Virus record (IMG/VR): IMGVR_UViG_3300023174_000003
Span: 1 to 64,000 of that record
DNA length: 64,000 nucleotides
From: a virus
Strand: one strand, 5' to 3'
The notes beneath the pieces are model-generated. The model saw only the letters and a list, made by a program, of their open reading frames with translations. It was not told where the DNA came from and made no database searches. A program made the translations under genes and the position numbers. Of the stretch, positions 56,642 to 64,000 are shown one piece after another (the stretch's first letter is position 1; every line of letters starts with the position of its first letter).

Positions 56642-59600
56642 ATGCCTCTTTCATCTACTGATTTTTACGCATATAGCCGTGCTACTGGGACACCTTACCC
56701 CGAAGATGCAGAAGAAAGAGCTGATTTAGCTCCTGAAGTTTACGAATATCGTCAAAATCAATTAAAAGGACAGGACGAAGGTTTTAATTTAACAAATGCC
56801 CTGGGTGTTGGTGCAGCTTTGGCCGGTGTTGGCGCTGGTGGATATGCTTTATCTCGTGCTCTAGGACGCAAAGTACCTGCCACTGCAACATCAACGTCTC
56901 GTGCAGCTAATGAAGGACTTGTTCGTACTAATCTTGACAGGGTTCGCACTGAACCTACTTTTAATCGGGTAGAAACAGAAGTTGTTAAACCCTCTAAAAC
57001 AGTTGATACTACTCAAAATTTTACACCTAGGCAATATATTGAAAACCAAGGTGCTGTTGAACCAGATCCCTGGTACATAAAAACAAATAGAGTACGTTCT
57101 CCCAGAGCTCAAGTGGAGCGGCCCCAGGCGCAGCTCCTTCTTCCTGGGATGACAGAACTAGAAGAGTCTTTAGAAGGGTCTACGTATAGCAAGTACTTTA
57201 CAAATAAACCTGCAGGATCAGTTGCTGCCATGGCAACACAATCAGCCAGGGAGCAAATAACAAAAGCAGAAGATCAATTAAATAGGACTAACCCAGAATC
57301 AGAATCTTATATTTCAAGACTAAGGTCAATGCGAGAAACTAAATCAGAACAAGCTCAAGACCTAGCTAATAGTGTCCTCAGGGCTCTTCAAGCTGGAACA
57401 GAACAAGAACACTATGCTCTAGACACACGTCAAGAAGATGTTCTTGCTACACATTCACAAGAAGCCCTAGATAGAGCCAAACAAGGGATGCCTGCTCCTA
57501 AACCAGCAGCAATTTCAAAAGATTGGAGCAATAAGTTATTTAATCAAAATGGGATGCTTCGTGACGATGTCTTGTTAAATGTTATCGGTGATGCCAACGT
57601 ACTTCCTCTTGATATCTCAAAAGCATTATTAGAAAGCAGTTCTGTTAATCCCCGAGACAGCTTTAAAGGTAGACCCTACAAAAATATACAACAAACCCAG
57701 GGAAGGTATGATCCTAAAGCAGTTTTTGCTGCTACAAAACATATTCGCGAAAATTTACTTACAGAAGATTATCAAGACACGATTAAAAACTATTTGATTA
57801 CTGGTAACATTCAACCATTGCAAAGTAGGGGTTTTGGTTATACCACTCAGAGTCCAACAAGAACTCAGTTATTGGTTATTTCTAAGGGAAAAGAAGGAGA
57901 ACCTAAATTCCAAGCAAAAGTAGCTGCCCCAGCCCGTTATTCAAGAAGCGACCTGGAGCCATTGTTCCAAGATAAAACAACAGGAGAAATGGTTACAGCT
58001 CAGCAACTTGCTGCAAACGTAGCAAAATTTAATTCTGAAGCTGCGGAAGCAGGCACAGGTTATGGAGCTGAAATTGGACAAGCTGTTGCATTTGTACCAA
58101 GGGAACCAATTGCCCCCTTTGGATCTCTGCCCGGAGTTTCAGCTAGTGGGCCAATAAAGAATAAAAATACTGGCGTAGATTATGCAATTGGAGGCATAAA
58201 AGAATACGGCTCTACACCTGGGGCAGAAGATTTTTCAGGTGCTAACCCGCTGCCAACGTATTCAACAACACAAGAATATTTAGATGCAGAGCACATAGGC
58301 GTAACTAAATATGGAAAATTATATGCCAAAGTTAAACCTGTTTCTTTAAGCACTAGCCCATATAGCAATAGGATGAATATGGATTATGGAAATATTTTTC
58401 ATAAAAATCCAATAAGCGGACAACCCTGGTCCAGTGAACAAGATGTTGCACAATTTGTGCATAACATGCATTCTAATTTTAATGCTAAAGTAGCCACTGC
58501 TTCTGAACGTCAATATGGCACAGATCTTTTTCATGAGCCCTTCTTGGTTACTTTACATGGCACAGACGAAAAAGGAAGAACGCGTCAAACTTTATTAGAT
58601 CCTTATGAGCCAGTAGGATCTCAAGGAACACTAGCGTCTCAGATGCAAGACGCATTATTACAAAAAGGTATTATTCAAGAAGTACATACGGAAGAAGGTG
58701 CATCTTATCTCAGGCAAGCAAGATATGATGTTCCAATTCCAGAAGGGGAAAGAACGCCCGTTTTAGGTTTTGGCGACATTGGAAAACATCAACAAACAAT
58801 AGGAAAAGGAACAGCAAATCATTATGAATATCTGCAAAATGTGCAAGATTTATATGAAAGACAAACAGGTAATAAATTAGCAGACATTCAAGTTGCTCTT
58901 GACCTGGCCAAGACAAACGCAGGCCCTTACCTTGGTGGACCGTCTTCTAATCCATTCTTGAATCGGGCTCTTACCACTGCCAATACTCTTACTCAGATAT
59001 CTGAACCTACTCGTTTACGGATGCGTGAACCAGGCCAGGGAGAGTCTGCAGCAGAACGTTATGGTGTTGGCACAAGAGCAATGACTCCCCCATCTGAAGC
59101 TGAAAGAGCAGCAACTGCAGCAAGAGAGTCTAGAACACTTTCTTTCCTGGAACAAAATCCCGAAATGATGGCTCGGCTGTATCCAGAAAAAACAGCTGGT
59201 CTCGCGGCAAAACAACAACTTGCAAAACGACAAGGTCAAAAAGTTGCCCCCGCTAATGAATGGGCTGATACACGTAATGTTTCTGCATCAGAAGCCCAAG
59301 CTTTATATGAAGGATCAAAAGGCCTTTCAGAATATGAAGAATCACAAATCTATCCTGAAGCAACAGCACGTCCAGAGGAACCAGTTGAAAGGCGTCAACA
59401 AACATATACTCCTGCTTTTGAAGACATAGCTGTTCAGGGTCCAGGCCTTTCTTTGACACGAGCTGAAGCAAAAGCTGTACAACGCCCCGGTGGTGACTTG
59501 AGCCAACAGATTCAAGGACGCGCCCTGGAGCAAGCACGTGAACGTGGACGCATGGCAAGAGCAGCAGCCCTTTCTCCCGCTGGTACTGTTGAAAGAGGAG

Positions 59601-60037
59601 CATTAAGAGTTTCCCCTGGAACGTACTTAGAAACAGGATTAGGTGGATTAACTGAATCTGAAGTTATCAGTCGTTATGGACGCACCTCAAGTCAATTAGC
59701 ACAAGAAGCAAATCGAGCAATGTATCAAGCTGCAAGACAGCAAGGATTACCGTCAATGCCTGCTAGTATAAGAACACAAGTTCCAAGACCAGGTATGAAT
59801 AGTCCTACAGGTGGAGTAACTCAACCGTTTATTCCAGGTATTCTAGAAACAAGTCCCAAAATTACTCCTGGTTACGCTGATGAGCTTGCATCATATATGG
59901 CAAAACGTGCTCCATCAAGAATGGAACAAAGCATTAGGCAAAATGTAGCTCAATCAAAACAAGCACGTCTTGCATCTGATTTCCCTAATGCATTTAAAGC
60001 TGCAATACAAAAACAATTAAGATTACCAATCTTTTGA
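56642..60037 (+). CDS. large putative internal virion protein
   Basis: 1131 aa, A/Q/E-rich with a GxxxG-like segment; heads a late block. Confidence 0.65.
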   Translation: MPLSSTDFYAYSRATGTPYPEDAEERADLAPEVYEYRQNQLKGQDEGFNLTNALGVGAALAGVGAGGYALSRALGRKVPATATSTSRAANEGLVRTNLDRVRTEPTFNRVETEVVKPSKTVDTTQNFTPRQYIENQGAVEPDPWYIKTNRVRSPRAQVERPQAQLLLPGMTELEESLEGSTYSKYFTNKPAGSVAAMATQSAREQITKAEDQLNRTNPESESYISRLRSMRETKSEQAQDLANSVLRALQAGTEQEHYALDTRQEDVLATHSQEALDRAKQGMPAPKPAAISKDWSNKLFNQNGMLRDDVLLNVIGDANVLPLDISKALLESSSVNPRDSFKGRPYKNIQQTQGRYDPKAVFAATKHIRENLLTEDYQDTIKNYLITGNIQPLQSRGFGYTTQSPTRTQLLVISKGKEGEPKFQAKVAAPARYSRSDLEPLFQDKTTGEMVTAQQLAANVAKFNSEAAEAGTGYGAEIGQAVAFVPREPIAPFGSLPGVSASGPIKNKNTGVDYAIGGIKEYGSTPGAEDFSGANPLPTYSTTQEYLDAEHIGVTKYGKLYAKVKPVSLSTSPYSNRMNMDYGNIFHKNPISGQPWSSEQDVAQFVHNMHSNFNAKVATASERQYGTDLFHEPFLVTLHGTDEKGRTRQTLLDPYEPVGSQGTLASQMQDALLQKGIIQEVHTEEGASYLRQARYDVPIPEGERTPVLGFGDIGKHQQTIGKGTANHYEYLQNVQDLYERQTGNKLADIQVALDLAKTNAGPYLGGPSSNPFLNRALTTANTLTQISEPTRLRMREPGQGESAAERYGVGTRAMTPPSEAERAATAARESRTLSFLEQNPEMMARLYPEKTAGLAAKQQLAKRQGQKVAPANEWADTRNVSASEAQALYEGSKGLSEYEESQIYPEATARPEEPVERRQQTYTPAFEDIAVQGPGLSLTRAEAKAVQRPGGDLSQQIQGRALEQARERGRMARAAALSPAGTVERGALRVSPGTYLETGLGGLTESEVISRYGRTSSQLAQEANRAMYQAARQQGLPSMPASIRTQVPRPGMNSPTGGVTQPFIPGILETSPKITPGYADELASYMAKRAPSRMEQSIRQNVAQSKQARLASDFPNAFKAAIQKQLRLPIF

Positions 60038-60059
60038 TTTATAATAAAAAATAAACGTT

Positions 60060-60278
60060 ATGGCCGAAAAAAAGAAAAAAGATAAAAAGTTTATCCAAAA
60101 TATGGATATGAAAGAAGGTGCGTTTACGGCCAAGGCCAAGAAACGTGGCATTACAACTGCTCAACTCCAAGAGAATGTATTGTCTGAGCCTGATAAGTAT
60201 GATGAAAAAACAGTGAAACAAGCTAATTTACGTAAAACCCTGGTAAGCTTACACAAAGATAAAAAGAGTAAAGGTTAA
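60060..60278 (+). CDS. small Lys-rich protein
   Basis: FIQ...MKEGAFTAKAK.....T.KQANL.KTL. Confidence 0.65.
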   Translation: MAEKKKKDKKFIQNMDMKEGAFTAKAKKRGITTAQLQENVLSEPDKYDEKTVKQANLRKTLVSLHKDKKSKG

Positions 60279-60281
60279 GCA

Positions 60282-60917
60282 ATGGCTAAAGACGCACGGC
60301 TTGACCTTGGTCGTTACATTACAAACCCTTTTAATCGCAACGGGTTTTCTAATAAGAAATTATCTTTTGATGATTTATTTTCAAGCAAGCCAGAAAGTGG
60401 TAACCCACCGTGGGTGCCTTCACGATTTAACGAAAAAGATTTGTTAAATCGTGTAATGACAAAGAAACTTAATTTGAATCCTGATTTAAATTTTGTTTCT
60501 AACTCACCGTTTTTTGATGATAATTCAAAAACAAACGAACATTACGATATGTTCGGTCTGGGTACTTTTAATCGTCCTGATGATTATGATTTCAATGAGG
60601 GACGCGCCCTTACAGCGCAACGCCCACAAGAGCAACCTGATTTTAATCCTAAATGGGTAGAAGCATATAAATTAAGTCCCACACTTAACCCACAAAAAGC
60701 AGCTAAGAATCCAATGCCTCGGATGAGAAATCCAGATCCTCATGGATTCCTTATGGCAACTGCAGAGAACCAAGCTAAATCTGAAGTAGAAAATACACCA
60801 AGTGTTGCTGATCTATTAAAAAGAAAAGAAGAAGTTACAAAAGATCAAGAAGAAGCACAAGGCACTAAAATTCCAACAGAAGAACAAAAACAACCAATAG
60901 CTCCTACCCAGGTTTAA
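60282..60917 (+). CDS. hypothetical protein
   Basis: ORF track. Confidence 0.65.
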   Translation: MAKDARLDLGRYITNPFNRNGFSNKKLSFDDLFSSKPESGNPPWVPSRFNEKDLLNRVMTKKLNLNPDLNFVSNSPFFDDNSKTNEHYDMFGLGTFNRPDDYDFNEGRALTAQRPQEQPDFNPKWVEAYKLSPTLNPQKAAKNPMPRMRNPDPHGFLMATAENQAKSEVENTPSVADLLKRKEEVTKDQEEAQGTKIPTEEQKQPIAPTQV

Positions 60918-60949
60918 GTCAAATATAATAAAGATAAAGTAATACTAAT

Positions 60950-61537
60950 ATGGCAATAGGAAACTTACTATCAAGACTTGGTCAGTTTTTTACCGCCCAC
61001 CCAGGTGCTGTAGACGTAGCTAAAACTGTGGCACCCGGCGCGGCTTTAAACGCAGTAATGGGTGGTGTTGTAGGTGGCTGGAAGGGTGCTGCAGGATATA
61101 GTGCTGGTGATTTTTTATTAAATTATCCACTTGTGGCACTAGCAAGAAAAATTGCCCCAGAAGTAGAAGAACAAGTAGTAATAAAAAATGCAAAAAACAT
61201 AGATGAAATAATCACACGCAAAAGACCGTCCGGATTAGAAACTGCTGCTAATTTAGGTGGCTCAATGTTATCAGCTCCTTTAACTGACTTGGTTACTGGT
61301 GGAGCGCTCTTGCCACAAGAGCAAGTTGTTCCAACAAACGAATCGCAGCCGCAACAAATCTACCAACAGTTAACACAAAGAGACAAAGTAAATAACCTAC
61401 AACGTCAAGCCCTGTCTCCAAATACAATGTATCAAATGCAGGGCATTGAACACACTGCTCATATACCAGGGATTACTTTATTGCCGGAACAAGCTGCATT
61501 ATTAGAACAACAATTACAAACATTGGGGATAGCCTAA
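60950..61537 (+). CDS. putative virion protein
   Basis: Gly/Ala hydrophobic segment, Q-rich tail. Confidence 0.6.
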   Translation: MAIGNLLSRLGQFFTAHPGAVDVAKTVAPGAALNAVMGGVVGGWKGAAGYSAGDFLLNYPLVALARKIAPEVEEQVVIKNAKNIDEIITRKRPSGLETAANLGGSMLSAPLTDLVTGGALLPQEQVVPTNESQPQQIYQQLTQRDKVNNLQRQALSPNTMYQMQGIEHTAHIPGITLLPEQAALLEQQLQTLGIA

Positions 61538-62544
61538 TGGCAAAAACTCCATGGGCCTATGAACAATATATTCGTAAACCAGGAGAAGTTACTGGGCTGA
61601 GACAAGGCGCGGCTATTGGTGCCCGCTTAAAAGAACAGATTGCCCAAGAAAAGGGTTATGGACAAGGTGTTAAAGATCCAGCATTTTACCAACGACTGCG
61701 TACGGCTGGTGTTACGCCAAGACAAACACCTCTCGCCTTCCTTGGTGCCTATAGCGCAAATATCTTAGGTGATGTAGTCAACGATGAAACAAGACGTTTT
61801 TATTGGAAATACAACCACCCTGGTGCAATTGCTGATGAATTAGCGCAAAAGCTTGTTGACCCAGAGGACCGCCTAGGACCTTACGGAAGAGCTGCCGTAG
61901 GGTTTGTTGCTATACAACCAGCAGCAGCCCTTACAGGGGCATACGACCCCCTTAACATTGCACAATTAGGTCGGCCAGCGGGCTACAAACAAAATGAACC
62001 TAGTGAGGAAGATTACAGAGAAACATCTGATCCCGCAGCTGAGTTATTTGAGCGTTTCTTCCAGGGTCGCAGGGGACGTCCTTTGAAGTACGAAGATGCC
62101 AAAAAAGAAATTCCTAGCCTTACTCATGAGAGATATGCTAATTATATGGGATTCTTATACAATGATCCCGGCATTCCTGGCACCATGGGTTCAGTTAAAG
62201 TAACAGGTGAAAATTTAGAAGGTAAGCCAGAGATCAGATTGATGGGTAATCCTATTAGCATTCCTTCTATTACAGCGTTAGCTGGTGGCTTAGCTGGAGC
62301 AAGATATGGTGTGACGCAGGTAGATAGAACCCGTGGCCCCATACAGCTTGATTTACTGGGTAAACCACAAGTACTTAAAGGAGAAGTACAAAGAGGAGGT
62401 AGAATAGGACGTGGTATTGCAGGGGCAGGTGTTGGTGCTTTAACTGGTGCTGCTATTGGCTTACTTGTCAATGAAGCAATTGCATCTGCAAATAGACCAC
62501 AACTTCCTCGTTTAGCTGAGTATCAACCGCAAGATAATATCTGA
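61537..62544 (+). CDS. putative virion (ejection-type) protein
   Basis: glycine-zipper segments GIAGAGVGALTGAAIG. Confidence 0.6.
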   Translation: MAKTPWAYEQYIRKPGEVTGLRQGAAIGARLKEQIAQEKGYGQGVKDPAFYQRLRTAGVTPRQTPLAFLGAYSANILGDVVNDETRRFYWKYNHPGAIADELAQKLVDPEDRLGPYGRAAVGFVAIQPAAALTGAYDPLNIAQLGRPAGYKQNEPSEEDYRETSDPAAELFERFFQGRRGRPLKYEDAKKEIPSLTHERYANYMGFLYNDPGIPGTMGSVKVTGENLEGKPEIRLMGNPISIPSITALAGGLAGARYGVTQVDRTRGPIQLDLLGKPQVLKGEVQRGGRIGRGIAGAGVGALTGAAIGLLVNEAIASANRPQLPRLAEYQPQDNI

Positions 62545-62585
62545 TAGAATTTTAAATATAGATAGACAAACAGCTAAAAATAAAA

Positions 62586-63623
62586 ATGGCCGATTACACA
62601 GAAGAACAACTTAAAAATCTTGCGCGTATTAGAGAGCTTAAAGCGACAAACGATCGAATGGCATCAGTGTTGCCTCCTATAACAGGGTCTACTTCAACTC
62701 AAGCAACTGTACCAGGTACTAATCCAGGGGGTTTTGAAGGCTTTCTAAATATGCTTAGAGGCCAAGCTGGCAAAGCCTCTGAAGCTACAACACAAGCAGC
62801 ACAACGAGCGGCACAAACTCCATTGGGACAAGCTGTTGCGCAAGGACCTGAAAGTGCTTTCCGGTTTGCTACTGAAGTCCCTGGTAGACCCGGCGTTGTC
62901 CGTGGTGCAGGACAAAGCCTTTTGGGCGGCGGCATTACAGGTGGAGCACTTTCTGGCCTAGATCCACTTCTTAAAGGCAACTTACCCGGCGCTGTAGTAG
63001 CCGCAGGAGCAGGTGCAGCCACTGGTGCAGTACTGAATCCAATTGCAAATGTTCTTACAGAGGGAATGATTAGAAACGGTCCCCTGCCAGTTAAAGCCTT
63101 AGGATATGCAGGTCGATTTTTAGCACCAGGTATTTTAGCCGCAGCAGCAGGCGGAGCAGCGCAAAGAGCTATTGCACCTAATGCAGGAGAAGAGTCCAGC
63201 TTCCCTGATCCCGCTGCTGCATCACTTCCATTGTCAGTAGCTGGTATACCATTAAATAAGGCGGCTGCAGAAGAAGCCAAGACACTGAGAGATGCACGTC
63301 TTCAACAGCAGATTCGTAATGAATCAATGAGTGCAGAGATGGCCAACCTAAAAGATTTAATAAATTTTAACAATGTAGCTCAAGTGCAACAAGCAAAAGC
63401 TCTTGATCCCTTGGTGCAAGCATCACTAGACAAGTCTCTTGCTAGGCAGCAAGCTATGGTGAATCTGCAAACAAATAGTTATGCTCGCCTAGGTACTTTG
63501 TCAATGGCTGGTAATCTTGCGGAAGGGGCTCAAAGCGAAACAGGTGCATTAATGCGTACTATTGCAAGCACTAATCCTTATGCAGGATCCACAATACAAG
63601 CTCCTGCCATTCGCTTTGGTTAA
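62586..63623 (+). CDS. putative virion (ejection/pilot-type) protein
   Basis: Gly/Ala-rich N-half and Q/A-rich coiled C-half. Confidence 0.6.
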   Translation: MADYTEEQLKNLARIRELKATNDRMASVLPPITGSTSTQATVPGTNPGGFEGFLNMLRGQAGKASEATTQAAQRAAQTPLGQAVAQGPESAFRFATEVPGRPGVVRGAGQSLLGGGITGGALSGLDPLLKGNLPGAVVAAGAGAATGAVLNPIANVLTEGMIRNGPLPVKALGYAGRFLAPGILAAAAGGAAQRAIAPNAGEESSFPDPAAASLPLSVAGIPLNKAAAEEAKTLRDARLQQQIRNESMSAEMANLKDLINFNNVAQVQQAKALDPLVQASLDKSLARQQAMVNLQTNSYARLGTLSMAGNLAEGAQSETGALMRTIASTNPYAGSTIQAPAIRFG

Positions 63624-63628
63624 TAATC

Positions 63629-64000
63629 ATGGGCACATCTTTTGGCACTTTTCCTAAACAGGTTCCTTCCTATGGGAATAAGCCTTTTTATAATGTAAAT
63701 TTTGAAGGGATACTCCCTGGTGCGCAACAACAGTCTTATTATGGAGCACCTGATAAAGGACAGTCTTTTCAAGATTTAATAAACTCTACTAAAGGTATGG
63801 ATCCTAAAGATAGAGCTAGTATTATTTTTGCTCACACAATGAGCAAGCCTCAGTATTCACTAGCTGAGCTTGCTGATTTTAGAAAGAAAGAAGCAGCTGA
63901 AGCCCAGAGGTTAGGTAAAGAATCTGCTGCTGAAGCTTGGAAATATAATATGATAGGTAAAGGTGTAGATGCCCTAGCCTCAGGCATTAAGACAGCAGTG
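63629..64000 (+). CDS. hypothetical protein, 3'-truncated by window edge
   Basis: MGTSFGTFPKQ... open to the end of the window. Confidence 0.65.
   Translation, partial: MGTSFGTFPKQVPSYGNKPFYNVNFEGILPGAQQQSYYGAPDKGQSFQDLINSTKGMDPKDRASIIFAHTMSKPQYSLAELADFRKKEAAEAQRLGKESAAEAWKYNMIGKGVDALASGIKTAV

Overview
A 64-kb segment of a tailed dsDNA cyanophage genome, probably lytic and freshwater. Host inference rests on an NblA-like gene, SpeD, a cyanobacterial-type dCTP deaminase and several small cyanophage-type ORFs. No capsid, portal or terminase gene is recognisable in the window. Plus-strand blocks (1-18.5 kb and 56.6-64 kb) carry virion and lysis genes: tail lysozyme, GH24 lysozyme, two tail fibres with S74-type chaperone ends, and a GH73+C39 endolysin. 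A mostly minus-strand block (18.5-56.1 kb) carries a primase-helicase, a PD-(D/E)xK nuclease, family A DNA polymerase, SSB, glycosyl/methyltransferases, Dps, SpeD and many small early genes. The most striking unexplained signal lies in the 36.8-56.1 kb minus-strand region. About 20 compact intergenic elements in five sequence families sit between a stop codon and the next SD-less start codon. They include an 8-copy H-type pseudoknot with compensatory changes, a 3-copy bulged stem-loop with fully covarying arms, and three tRNA-like T-loop junctions that begin on the upstream UGA and are each followed by a pseudoknot-like unit. A roughly 300-nt hairpin-dense candidate ncRNA lies antisense among them. 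All structure calls are by-eye pairing; no folding or database search was run.
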